Shown: positions 28,301 through 37,280, numbered from the stretch's first letter. The stretch: DNA of 64,000 nt from a virus (IMGVR_UViG_3300035659_000001); one strand, 5' to 3'. Numbers and translations are program-made. The notes: a model not told the origin generated them from the sequence alone.

Positions 28301-28623
28301 ACGCCCGAGATTTCAAAGTCAAGATGAACATCAATTAAATTACAAATTATAATGGCAGTTTTATTATTAGATTGCTTAGCGAAATTATAGAGTGTTTCAA
28401 TGCCATTTTCATTCATAACCATATCTTCATCTATTTCAATATAATATGACGTTTTACAAGAGTCAATCATTAATTGAAAAGCTGCAGACATTGGATGAAC
28501 ATTTTTAATAATTTCAATATTGAACGTGAGCGTTTGCTGTTGCAATGCTTTTATACATTCATTATAGCACGGATTTTCCCCACAGCTAATTACAAAAACA
28601 GTTAAGTCTTTAGCAAAGTTCAC
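25351..28623 (-). CDS. 1090-aa four-domain enzyme: GT-A/GT2-like, radical SAM with SPASM/twitch Cys cluster, GT-B/GT4, and a C-terminal DXD nucleotide-sugar transferase-like domain
   Basis: N-terminus 'TVFVISCGENP' and 'YYIEIDEDMV' (DXD). rSAM 'YLTSKCNFNCNFCY' (CX3CX2C), 'GYGEPFL', 'ISISLN'. SPASM 'CNCQIPWTTIGINGNGSVSFCG...CEPNKMNDTCKLC'. GT4 'VGWAGCIRDVKRPY...ECMPRVVLEAMACGLPVVSTKVG'. C-terminus 'PVVWVDCDAI'. Overlaps the GT42 gene by 8 nt. Confidence 0.75.
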   Translation of the reverse strand: MNFAKDLTVFVISCGENPCYNECIKALQQQTLTFNIEIIKNVHPMSAAFQLMIDSCKTSYYIEIDEDMVMNENGIETLYNFAKQSNNKTAIIICNLIDVHLDFEISGVKIYKHDILKKYPYNLESMSCEVEQIDRLKQDGYLIKLFKNIVGKHAPQWSNEGIFERYYNLMDKFKQFKYIWIADLPLKLWNILKSNPSENNLYAFLGIYTSLINDNIQIGEKDFRCHHRSFERARSFLQMPINANLYLTSKCNFNCNFCYRNTNLIEQAPDLTIETVNNLLSKFDSLKSFCCAGYGEPFLNQNLFQIINHLKNKNKIVGLITNGSLIIDRANELLNAKPDYISISLNAPNAKLHNKINNSNTFQKVLQGIDFCISNDLNTFCSYVCTKSNLKYVPEFLKLVKDHGVKTVHLLNLLPHLAVNYDDENFWNEVLTYNDKKEIDELQNLPEADIIKLYPTLIQRNEIRCNCQIPWTTIGINGNGSVSFCGSVFAPAKEHGTIKDNIVWQNDYASNLRDSLCEPNKMNDTCKLCFRNWNEYVPTKKNVQNIQQKPTLQNKKLTICKIIDQFGWAYYFIAKDQQKYSTHNIEYKRLLDVTTLSADVVYIHSPNIDYTRCQQLITQLKQKNVKIIGGYGGECKMKYEPEPDIIVSISIQHLDFLRQMYPNKSVIFLPEAIDTNYFIPSNKKSNSFIVGWAGCIRDVKRPYLLDQLDFKVEKKSDWGKQYFVDGQTLDKMKDFYNSIDVLILTSISECMPRVVLEAMACGLPVVSTKVGSICMLLDEQWIVSVTPDDQVIKEMNEKLLLLKNNLQLRRQTGERNRQHIEKFFSWSVTQKLWDNTFQLVMQNKFKEIENMSNDFINLLPNRKNIDFKNLDIQFEQTTFKEIEQIQPIVESKQVTRQLEQPTSNLVFVSYYTKNTGYEKEYKTLELSLKKFKLNYEIIGINSQGSWFANCFYRTEFVKDMLNKHRCPVVWVDCDAIIQQQPELLFKLDKYDFAYHLRMKRNNTSELLGGTMYFNYTQKAFELLEKWKQLVNSNNKKYKLDQSYLHEAVNSLQNLKTYILSPAYCQIFDTMKDADKPVIEHFQASRRLKNE

Positions 28624-28691
28624 TTTTTTGTCACTTTCAAAAATTTTTAATCTATTAATATAAGATTTAGATTAGGCACCAGTTTACATAA

Positions 28692-29357
28692 TTAGAATGT
28701 TCTTCTAAAAGGAGATGCAGTCGGAATATTTATATTGTATGACTGCGGCTTTGATCCTTTAGGCGCTGCTACTACATTTACTATATAATTGTAATTGTCA
28801 CTCCAAATAACACCGTCACTGACTTGTAAAGCTATTTGACGAGACATATCTGATACGTCGCCCAACACTTTAATTTTAGCTGTTGTGTCAGTTACTGAAG
28901 AAATTTCGTATTTAGTTCCAGGTGATACTAGTAATTTAAAACTACCAGGATAAGGTTTACTTGTTTGAACGTTTAGATTGTTCAAAGTAATTGTAAAATA
29001 TGAGCCAATGTACATTTTTGGAAAGCTTGTTTGATTGACAATTATTGGAATTTCAACAACTGTTACATTCAATATGTACCAGTTACTATAATCAATTCCA
29101 TTATTTACTCTTACTTGAACTGACAGGTTACCTTTATAACTAGCTGTGGGAATCACATATAAGTACGTGACTTCACCTGAGTCAGTGTCAATAGTATAAT
29201 GAGCGCCTGAATGAGCTTCTATTGACCAGTCTTTGCCACTACCGTCTGGATAGTCTGGATCATCAACAATCAAATCTGTTAATCTGACTGTTAAAACTTT
29301 GTTTTCTCCTAAAATAATAGGATTTACAATTTGACCTGTAATAATTGGAGCTGACAT
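28692..29357 (-). CDS. hypothetical protein, beta-rich (possible Ig-like/structural or carbohydrate-binding)
   Basis: Ser/Thr/Val/Asn-rich with alternating patterns. No catalytic motif. Confidence 0.35.
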   Translation of the reverse strand: MSAPIITGQIVNPIILGENKVLTVRLTDLIVDDPDYPDGSGKDWSIEAHSGAHYTIDTDSGEVTYLYVIPTASYKGNLSVQVRVNNGIDYSNWYILNVTVVEIPIIVNQTSFPKMYIGSYFTITLNNLNVQTSKPYPGSFKLLVSPGTKYEISSVTDTTAKIKVLGDVSDMSRQIALQVSDGVIWSDNYNYIVNVVAAPKGSKPQSYNINIPTASPFRRTF

Positions 29358-29432
29358 AAATTTTTCCTTTCGTTATGAAACGACAATTCTGTTCATTTAG
29401 ATTTAGATGAAAGATAAACTCTTAAGAAAATT

Positions 29433-29890
29433 ATGATTTTTGACACAATCATTAAAACATTTGAAGAAAAGAACAAAAGAAACTGGACAACACTTTATTT
29501 TGCAATTGATCTACACGGCACGATAATCAATAAATATAAAGGTGATGAAATCGAGCCAATTGAATTTGCGACTGAAGTACTTACAGAATTGAGTAGTACA
29601 CCTGACATTGTTCTGATTCTATTTACTTCAACTTATCTCGAACAACTTACTCATTTTTATAAATGGTGTTCAGAAAACAACATTAACTTCAAATATCTAA
29701 ATGAAAATCCAGAATGTCCTAGTACTATTACTGGAGATTTTTCAAAAAATTCTACTATAATGTATTGATTGATGATCGTGCAGGGTTTGATCATTCAGAA
29801 TGGCTCGAAGTTCTCAGAGCAGTCAAAATTGGTTCTAAGTTGTACTATAATAAAAAACGACTGCGTGCTATTACGCCAAAGAAGAATTAG
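29433..29890 (+). CDS. HAD-superfamily-like hydrolase interrupted by a -1 frame change at an A-run (pseudogene or programmed -1 frameshift)
   Basis: Frame 0 'AIDLHGTI' (motif I-like) ends at 29768. The -1 frame continues 'KKFYYNVLIDDRAGF...' (HAD motif IV-like hhhDD) to 29890. The junction 'A AAA AAT' (29744-29750) is an X XXY YYZ slippery heptamer in the correct phase. Confidence 0.4.
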
Positions 29891-30075
29891 TCCTTACCAG
29901 TTATGGGGGTGACCTTTTACTATCCCCATTTTTCCTCTGCACGTCATCCATGTAATACCATGAATATAGTTTATTCCTTTAGGCATTTAATGCTATACAC
30001 GTTAGATACTTATTGGACATATCGCGCTGAGAGGTGGTTCGCTTCACTCATTAAAGATGGCTGCCTCTAAGCCCA
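29885..30075. ncRNA. Candidate structured RNA (GC-rich ORF-free island)
   Basis: No ORF of 60 aa or more, GC clearly above the flanks. Hairpin TGGGGG-N15-CCCCA and GCTGAGAGG...CCTCTAAGC pairing. Strand unknown. Confidence 0.25.
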
Positions 30076-30085
30076 CTGCAATCGT

Positions 30086-30412
30086 TTATAATTCTATTGA
30101 CCATTTAGATCTTAATATTATTCGTTTACCGTCTTGAGAAACAACTCTATTAACGCCGTCTCGCAAATGCACTTCTATTTCGTCACTGCCAACAAATTTC
30201 TTAATTTCATCATTTTCTAATTGCTTTAACTTTCTTAATAAAAAGAATGTAGTAAATAAAAATCGTTTTGCATAACTTTTATTAGATGCAAATACTATAC
30301 AATCTAAGTCATGATTTTTCCATTCTTTACTAATCCAAGTTTCCTGTCTTTGACTCCAATCTCTATCATGCCAATTTGATTGCGTAAAATTTAATCGTTT
30401 TATCGTAAACAT
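30086..30412 (-). CDS. hypothetical protein
   Basis: ORF. Confidence 0.35.
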   Translation of the reverse strand: MFTIKRLNFTQSNWHDRDWSQRQETWISKEWKNHDLDCIVFASNKSYAKRFLFTTFFLLRKLKQLENDEIKKFVGSDEIEVHLRDGVNRVVSQDGKRIILRSKWSIEL

Positions 30413-30575
30413 ATAATCCTTTACGGTTCTTGCAATTTTGCACGTTCTTCATCTGTTAAGTCTAACCAAATTGCATCCATTTTATCAAGTAAATTATCTT
30501 CCTCATTACTTTCCAAACCATTATGTAATTCTCGTATTTTCACAAGGTCATTTAGTAAAGATATATATTCAGACA

Positions 30576-32264
30576 TTATAGTCCCTTTGGCATTAATCCT
30601 TCAGATTTATCATCAGCAACTTTTGATAAAACTTCTTTAAATAATTCATCGATTTCATCAGTTTCATTATTAGCGAATCTTGCTCTTATACCTTCATTTC
30701 TTTCTTTATCATAACCAACCCATTTTACAAGATACTCTAATTGTTTTTCCATCGTTTTGACAATTGGCACTTTCATTCTTAACGAGTTTTTTAACATTGC
30801 TTGCGTTAAATCAGATTTCTTATCATTTTTATAAAGTGAAAAAGCTTCATATAAACTTTCATGAGTCGCTTGCATGATTTCTCGACCAGCTAAATTTGGG
30901 CAGCAACCAGCTAATTCATCAAGATTGAATTTTTTTGGATCTCTATTATTTTGTTTTAAATGAATATCAATAATTTCTTTTCTTTCATTTAAGTCAGGCG
31001 GCCCAACAAAGAAAATACCATCAAATCTTGATACTAATTCCGGTGGTAAAATATGAATCTGATTGCAAGTTGCAGCGACGAAAGTAAATGACTTATTATC
31101 ATTCATCCATATCAAAAATATACCAATAGTTCTAAGAGTAGTCCCTGCATCAGAAAATGAAGAACTCTGTGACCCTGCAAAACCTTTTTCAATCTCATCA
31201 ATAAACATAATTGACGGCGCTAAACTTTCAGCCCTTGCAAGAACTAAATGCATATTTCCTTCACTCTCTCCAACCCTCGATGAAAATACTTTTGAAGGAT
31301 CAAACTGAATAAAATTTAAACCCCACTCACTTGCGAGAGCCTCACAGATAAGACTTTTTCCGCATCCTGGAAGTCCGACTAGAATCACGCCTTTTAATGG
31401 AGGTAATCCGAATTCTTTACCTTCATTAGTCCATCCACCATACATTTTTCTGAACCATTTTTTAAGTCTGCCTAAGCCGCCCACAGTCTTGAATGTAACT
31501 TCTGGCTCTTTAAACTTTAAAAGAGAAGTTTTACTAATAGCAGTTCTTTTTAGTGTATTAATTATAGTTGGATCGAGACATCCTTTACCATGTTTATTTT
31601 GTTTTCTAGTGATATCAATGCAAGAAGTTATAACTTGATGTATTTGAGGTATGATTAGACCTTTTAATGAATTAATAACTTCAAAATCTGTTCTAACTTC
31701 AATGCTTTTTGATTTATCTTTTAAAGCATTATTAAATTTTGCAACCAAACTAACTAATTCAAACCGTATTTCTTCATCATCAGGATATGGATATGTAAAT
31801 ACATCAATATATTTTTCTAATTTATCAGGCAAAAATAACTTTGAAGACATCAAAATAACAACTTTTAAATTACTATCACTACTATCAGCTTGTATAGCAA
31901 AATCTTTAACTCTACGTAATACTTGAGCATCTTCTAAATGTTGATCTGCTTCAGTGATAATAAATATTTGTCGTCTATCTTTTTTGTTTTGTTGATGAAT
32001 ATGAATAAGTGCATTATGAATGTCTACTGTAGCAGCATCAGCTAAACACTTTTTTTCATCAATTTCCTTCTTGTAACTTTGAATGTTCACTATGCCAGTT
32101 GTAGATTTGTAAATGAATATTTCAGTAGTATACTTATTACTTGCAGAAATTTTTTCAATATTCAAAATTACTCTATGTTCGTCTTCAGTTAATACATAAA
32201 CAAGAGATGTAATTTGATCTAATTTTGATTTGAAATAATCAATTGAATTTGTTTTAATCATCAT
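30576..32264 (-). CDS. Classic-clade AAA+ ATPase with a ~270-aa N-terminal domain of unknown function
   Basis: Walker A 'GLPGCGKSL', Walker B 'IMFIDEIEK', second region of homology 'ATCNQIHILPPELVSRFD'. Followed by a helical C-terminal subdomain. Confidence 0.7.
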   Translation of the reverse strand: MMIKTNSIDYFKSKLDQITSLVYVLTEDEHRVILNIEKISASNKYTTEIFIYKSTTGIVNIQSYKKEIDEKKCLADAATVDIHNALIHIHQQNKKDRRQIFIITEADQHLEDAQVLRRVKDFAIQADSSDSNLKVVILMSSKLFLPDKLEKYIDVFTYPYPDDEEIRFELVSLVAKFNNALKDKSKSIEVRTDFEVINSLKGLIIPQIHQVITSCIDITRKQNKHGKGCLDPTIINTLKRTAISKTSLLKFKEPEVTFKTVGGLGRLKKWFRKMYGGWTNEGKEFGLPPLKGVILVGLPGCGKSLICEALASEWGLNFIQFDPSKVFSSRVGESEGNMHLVLARAESLAPSIMFIDEIEKGFAGSQSSSFSDAGTTLRTIGIFLIWMNDNKSFTFVAATCNQIHILPPELVSRFDGIFFVGPPDLNERKEIIDIHLKQNNRDPKKFNLDELAGCCPNLAGREIMQATHESLYEAFSLYKNDKKSDLTQAMLKNSLRMKVPIVKTMEKQLEYLVKWVGYDKERNEGIRARFANNETDEIDELFKEVLSKVADDKSEGLMPKGL

Positions 32265-32276
32265 TAATCTTCTCCG

Positions 32277-32627
32277 TTAATAATTTGAACTTACCCATTG
32301 CCGTAAACTCTCAACTATTTCAGAAGCTACCATGTCATCTAAAGACATACAACTATGAAGACTAAATTCAGTCTTTGCAGTTGATTGTCTATCAAGAGTT
32401 TTCATGTTGAAATATCTTTTTATTTCTTGTGGCAGAAATTGTTTCTCTGTAACAGAAATAGAAAGAAACTCATTATTTTTGTTATCACAAAATCTAAAAC
32501 ATCTACCCATTGCGTCGTCAACAACTTTTAATGGTCCTTCAGGATAAATTTCTAAAAAACCTCTAGGCTCTGGATAAGATAAAAACATATTTTTTATTTT
32601 TTGCTTTAATTCAGCTTTAGAAGACAT
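32277..32627 (-). CDS. hypothetical protein
   Basis: ORF directly downstream of the AAA ATPase gene. Confidence 0.35.
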   Translation of the reverse strand: MSSKAELKQKIKNMFLSYPEPRGFLEIYPEGPLKVVDDAMGRCFRFCDNKNNEFLSISVTEKQFLPQEIKRYFNMKTLDRQSTAKTEFSLHSCMSLDDMVASEIVESLRQWVSSNY

Positions 32628-32638
32628 CTACTTCTCCA

Positions 32639-32968
32639 TTAGATAGGTTTGTTGACTTTTACTTCTTCAATCCAATAATCATACTCTGAACTGTGGTCAT
32701 GACTAGTTTGTCGTTTAAACTTATTGTCACCAATAGAATATACAGAACATCCTGAATCTTTTGCTACTTTTTTAATGAGATTTTCAGCAGCAATAATATC
32801 AGTACCAACACCAATAACAACACTAACGTCAAAATCACCGTTAGTATATACTAAAAAAACAGTATTCATAATTTTACAGGTTTTTCCATAGTGAAAACAG
32901 GTCTTAATGTTCGTTTTTTGTATATAAAAAAATGTGCCCATTTCCAAGGTATGAAGATAAAATACCAT
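32639..32968 (-). CDS. hypothetical protein
   Basis: ORF. Confidence 0.3.
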   Translation of the reverse strand: MVFYLHTLEMGTFFYIQKTNIKTCFHYGKTCKIMNTVFLVYTNGDFDVSVVIGVGTDIIAAENLIKKVAKDSGCSVYSIGDNKFKRQTSHDHSSEYDYWIEEVKVNKPI

Positions 32969-33216
32969 TTAGGCGGCACAATTTTTCTTACATCAAAATT
33001 AGCATAGCGAAACGTAACTTGTAATTTAATGTCAGCCACAATAAATCTTTGGATGGTCACCATTTAAATCAATAAGTTGTTGACGTTCTTCTTTTGAATA
33101 AACAGTATCAAGTATCAAATCAGAAAATTCTGGGTTTATCCATTGAACAAAAATTGAACCATCTTCATTAATTATAAATGTTTGAATTGATTCAACTTCT
33201 TTAAATTCATTCATAC

Positions 33217-33528
33217 TTAATACGATGCATTGATTTCAATTTTGCCGTCTACATTCTTCACTGACTTCACTCTGTGACCTTTTTTAGCAATTTCAGCAAG
33301 AATAAAATTTTTGCTATATGTTTGTTTAAGTCTATCAAACTCGTAACTGCGCATTTCGTCGTACTTAATTTCACCTGTAATACAATTAATTGTCATTTTG
33401 TCGTAGCCTTGACCCCATTGAAAATTGCCTTCTTTGAGTTCATTATAAGAAATGTTCATTTCTTTCAATGATTGTTCAAGAATTGCCCTGTTACGAATGT
33501 CAGTTGTTCCTATTATTTGTCTTGACAT
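33217..33528 (-). CDS. hypothetical protein
   Basis: ORF with ATGA coupling to the upstream ORF 33528..33752. Confidence 0.3.
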   Translation of the reverse strand: MSRQIIGTTDIRNRAILEQSLKEMNISYNELKEGNFQWGQGYDKMTINCITGEIKYDEMRSYEFDRLKQTYSKNFILAEIAKKGHRVKSVKNVDGKIEINASY

Positions 33529-33752
33529 TAGTTGCCTCCTTGTACGAATAGGTCATTTTTTACTGGTACGTGATCATCTTTTTTGTTTTTGACAGAATCA
33601 ACATTTCCCATTGAATTCATGACAGTCACAAATTCTTCACATTTGTGAGTGCCGGCATTTACAACAGATCCATTCCATGAACCGTCTCTTTCAACTGTAA
33701 TTTTATATTCCATGAACTTCCTCCTCATTGTATTTTTTATTTTTTTTAACAA
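33528..33752 (-). CDS. hypothetical small protein
   Basis: ORF. Confidence 0.3.
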   Translation of the reverse strand: MLKKIKNTMRRKFMEYKITVERDGSWNGSVVNAGTHKCEEFVTVMNSMGNVDSVKNKKDDHVPVKNDLFVQGGN

Positions 33753-33817
33753 TAAAAATTATCGCAAGTATAATTAAGGTGGTAATCATTCCTGAGGTCA
33801 AAGCAATCTTAATTTTT

Positions 33818-34561
33818 TTATTCATTTTTTTCTCCATTCATAAGCCATTTGAATTTGTTTAAGTTATTTTTATAATATACTTCTTTATCAATAAATTTTA
33901 CGACACGTTGCGGTTCCCTTACTAACAAACCGAATTTACTGCGTGTGGTTATATTAACTGCTAAAGTATTTGCATCTAAATCTTGATTACAATTAATATC
34001 ATTAATTAAAAACCCATCAAGTTTATCTATTGCCAAGATTATGCCTGGTTCAATAGTATCACATCTGATAATATTATTATTAACATCATGAATGGTTTTC
34101 ATACTCAGTCTAGTTTTGTAGTTACATACATAATATTTAAAATCACAGTATGTGCTGAAATCAAGTTCATTGAAATCTTGAAAATCATTTATAATTACGA
34201 TATTTTTAGTCATATCAAAAATATAATTAATGATTTTTAACAAACATTGCATTTCTAGTTCAGACAATTGATCTGCGATTTTAATTGCCAAATCAGTCTT
34301 ATCTAAAAGAAGCTCTATATCTAAACGACATTGCAAATCATATTTTAAAACATGAAATGCTGCACTATTACACTTAAATAATGTAAACGCTTCTCTACGA
34401 ACTGAATTAGCTATAGAATTTGATGGATTAATAATAGTAATGTTTTGATTATTATCTAATGTAATGTACGTGTCATTTAGACGCAAAACAGACATTTGTG
34501 ATTGAATAAAATTTTTACGAATGAAGTGGCATTGTAATCGTTGATTAATGACATTTATCAT
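33818..34561 (-). CDS. hypothetical protein (247 aa)
   Basis: ORF. Confidence 0.4.
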   Translation of the reverse strand: MINVINQRLQCHFIRKNFIQSQMSVLRLNDTYITLDNNQNITIINPSNSIANSVRREAFTLFKCNSAAFHVLKYDLQCRLDIELLLDKTDLAIKIADQLSELEMQCLLKIINYIFDMTKNIVIINDFQDFNELDFSTYCDFKYYVCNYKTRLSMKTIHDVNNNIIRCDTIEPGIILAIDKLDGFLINDINCNQDLDANTLAVNITTRSKFGLLVREPQRVVKFIDKEVYYKNNLNKFKWLMNGEKNE

Positions 34562-34587
34562 AAAGAAAAGGCTTAAATTAATGAGAC

Positions 34588-35919
34588 TTAAATTTTTAAA
34601 CTAAGTTTTTTCCTCTTTTTTCGTTCTACTTCAGATTCTTCATCTTGTAGTTCAGTTTTTTCAACTACTGATTCAATCTGTGGTTCAGGAGTTTCATCGT
34701 CACTATTTGAAACATTCTTTTCAGAATATGCTGAATCTGGTATTTCTTCCTTGACTTGATCTTTATTGACAAATATTTTTCTGTCTTTAATAAGATCATT
34801 GATCTTTTGTTTTATTTCTGGTTTTGTTTCCAAGATTTCATCAAATTTTCTTTTAGAGAAGTCGTCCAAGTCATTGTATAATTTTTGACCAGATACAGGA
34901 TTGACAAAATTATATCTTAAAGTTATTTTTCCATCTTTTTTGGTTGTTTGATATTCCTTTATAACACCATTTATGAAAGCAACATCAAATAATTCTTTTT
35001 CATTATTTACACCAGAACCATCGTGCATAAGCGTAAATACAATTGCATCTTCTGGTAAAGGTCCTGCTTTATTTTTCTCAAAAGTAACTTTTACATCATG
35101 AGAGAGTATTTCACCTGCCTCATCTCTTTCAACTGAGTCCCAAACTTTTGCCACTTTAAGAGCAACTGTGTCATAAAATGGCAGAGCATTACCACCCGTT
35201 CGATAATCGCTAACTCGTCCTAAAGAATTGGGATTTTTACGTAATTGATTGATAAAGAATAATATTGATCTTGATTCAACGTCTGTTCTAGCCATTGCTG
35301 AAGTAACTTTTTTCAAGCCTAAGCCAATAGCTGAAGCCTGTGATCCTCTTTGTCTTGAGTCACCTAATTGTTTAACTGAATCAATAGTCGAAACAAGTTG
35401 AGTAACACTGTCAATACCGATTATTGCATATTTGCCAGGATTAATAACTTTTAATACTTCACCTGTTTTCTTATCTACTTCATGTTCACCTAAAACTAAA
35501 GCATGAATCATATCAAAACATTCTTCAGCAGTTGAACATTTCAATACAATAAGCTTTGATATATCAACACCAACTTTTTCAGCCCATTCAGCCTGAAATT
35601 CAAATTGTCTTTCAGCATCTATTAATACGCATGGTTCATCAGGATATTTCTTTTGTGCTTCAGCTATTGCTAAATAAAGAAGCAATGTCTTACCTGCGCC
35701 TTCCCAGCCAAAAACTTCAATTGTTGAACCTCTAGGATATCCTTTACATTTACCAATAGAATTATCCAGCAAGATTGATCCTGATGAAATAGCTTCAATA
35801 GGCTTTTTATATTTATCTCCTGATACTTCAATGGAACGACCAAATCTTTCTCTTATGATATTTGCAGCGCTAATAACGACTGATTTTTTTTCTTTTTCTT
35901 TCTTTTCTTCGTGCGACAT
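34588..35919 (-). CDS. uvsX: RecA-family recombinase (T4 UvsX-like)
   Basis: Walker A 'GWEGAGKT', Walker B 'IIGIDSVTQL', RecA core layout and an acidic C-terminal tail. Confidence 0.85.
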   Translation of the reverse strand: MSHEEKKEKEKKSVVISAANIIRERFGRSIEVSGDKYKKPIEAISSGSILLDNSIGKCKGYPRGSTIEVFGWEGAGKTLLLYLAIAEAQKKYPDEPCVLIDAERQFEFQAEWAEKVGVDISKLIVLKCSTAEECFDMIHALVLGEHEVDKKTGEVLKVINPGKYAIIGIDSVTQLVSTIDSVKQLGDSRQRGSQASAIGLGLKKVTSAMARTDVESRSILFFINQLRKNPNSLGRVSDYRTGGNALPFYDTVALKVAKVWDSVERDEAGEILSHDVKVTFEKNKAGPLPEDAIVFTLMHDGSGVNNEKELFDVAFINGVIKEYQTTKKDGKITLRYNFVNPVSGQKLYNDLDDFSKRKFDEILETKPEIKQKINDLIKDRKIFVNKDQVKEEIPDSAYSEKNVSNSDDETPEPQIESVVEKTELQDEESEVERKKRKKLSLKI

Positions 35920-35999
35920 AGTTATCCTTTCATAAATAAACTAATTTTTTATGTGCGTGAAAAAATTAGTGCCGTTAAAGCAATGGCACTAATCATCAA

Positions 36000-37280
36000 T
36001 TAAAATGGTAATTTACGTTTTACAGCAGCAGCAACTGGTGTAGAAGTTGATGCAACAGGTTTTTCAGGAATCGGTGTACTTGACCCTTGTTTACCGACTT
36101 TTCCTTGTTTGCCGACTAAACTTTTAGTAGCTTCTGCAGTTTTTTCTTTTATGAGCTTTTCAATTTCAGCACCTGACATATTAGCAATGCTAATGTTTAA
36201 TTCTTTAGCTTTTGCTTTAAATGTTGATTTTAGTTCTTGACATTGTTTAACAAATGGACATTCCTGACAACCAACATCTTCTCCATCATGAGTACCACGA
36301 CAATCAAGTGCTTCAAATGTTACAGTTTCTTCATTTGATTCATTTGCATTTTCAGGTGAAGTAAAAGCACTGCTGTCATTATTGTCATCACTTGATGAGT
36401 CAGTTTCAGTATCAGTATCATCATCAGCAGATGGAGTAGCTACATCATGATCGTCTTCATCATTTGTCGAAGTAGCAGTTGTGTTTTCACTAGCTACGGG
36501 TGCAGAAGATTTTTCGTCATCATCACTATCAACTTCTTTTAATTGTTTTTTTAGTTTTTTGAGGTTAATAGTATCAAGAGGAGGTTTTGCATTTTCAATG
36601 ATGTCAATCATTTCTTCAGCAGATGAAAAAGTTCTGAGTTTTATAAGATCATAAGCAGTGGCTTTTATTGCTTGTATTTCTTCTTCAGTTAAACTTTTAC
36701 GTTCAGAATCAGGCAATATTGTATATTCTCTTTTAATCTTTTCTCCAGTTACTGTTACAGTCAAATCATAACCTCTATCTCCTGATGATGAAGGATTGCC
36801 CCATTTTGAGCTACTTCCGAGTTCAATAACAGGTTTCCAAATAGTAGGCCCAGCCACTAATCTTTTAATCTTTATTTGTCCTTTTTCATTGCGATAATCT
36901 TCTCTATGAATGACATTCATATCGTAAGTTTTTTTACCACGAAATACATTAATTTGTTTGATCAGTTTTTTAATTTCTGGTGATTCGTCAGTCATATTTT
37001 CTTCTTCTTTTAATCTGTAAACTTCACTCCATAATAAACTAACGTAATCACAAACGGGACATTTGTATTTTACATCATGTATAATTGGTCTGTTTTTAAT
37101 ACTAGTTTTTATTGGAATCCAGTGAACAATGTACTTTACAAACGGTAAACCATTTGGCTTTACACTAGGACAAATTCTAAGTGTATGATCACCTTGTTTC
37201 CATGTCATGCCTACAATGTCACTTCTTTTAGTTTTACTACTTTCTTCATTTTCATGTGCCCAGGGATTTTCGTCATGCAT
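36000..37280 (-). CDS. gp32-like single-stranded DNA-binding protein with an acidic C-terminal region
   Basis: 'HTLRICPSVKPNGLPFVKYIVHWIP' parallels T4 gp32 '[24 protein letters not shown]'. Candidate zinc site 'H...CPVCD'. A long Asp/Ser/Thr-rich acidic segment. Immediately upstream of uvsX. Confidence 0.55.
   Translation of the reverse strand: MHDENPWAHENEESSKTKRSDIVGMTWKQGDHTLRICPSVKPNGLPFVKYIVHWIPIKTSIKNRPIIHDVKYKCPVCDYVSLLWSEVYRLKEEENMTDESPEIKKLIKQINVFRGKKTYDMNVIHREDYRNEKGQIKIKRLVAGPTIWKPVIELGSSSKWGNPSSSGDRGYDLTVTVTGEKIKREYTILPDSERKSLTEEEIQAIKATAYDLIKLRTFSSAEEMIDIIENAKPPLDTINLKKLKKQLKEVDSDDDEKSSAPVASENTTATSTNDEDDHDVATPSADDDTDTETDSSSDDNNDSSAFTSPENANESNEETVTFEALDCRGTHDGEDVGCQECPFVKQCQELKSTFKAKAKELNISIANMSGAEIEKLIKEKTAEATKSLVGKQGKVGKQGSSTPIPEKPVASTSTPVAAAVKRKLPF

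Noticed and set aside
29885-30075. tmRNA at the GC-rich island.
   Set aside because: Too short (about 190 nt). No tRNA-like acceptor/T-arm pair with a 3' CCA context, and no ANDENYALAA-type tag frame. Kept only as a generic candidate sRNA.
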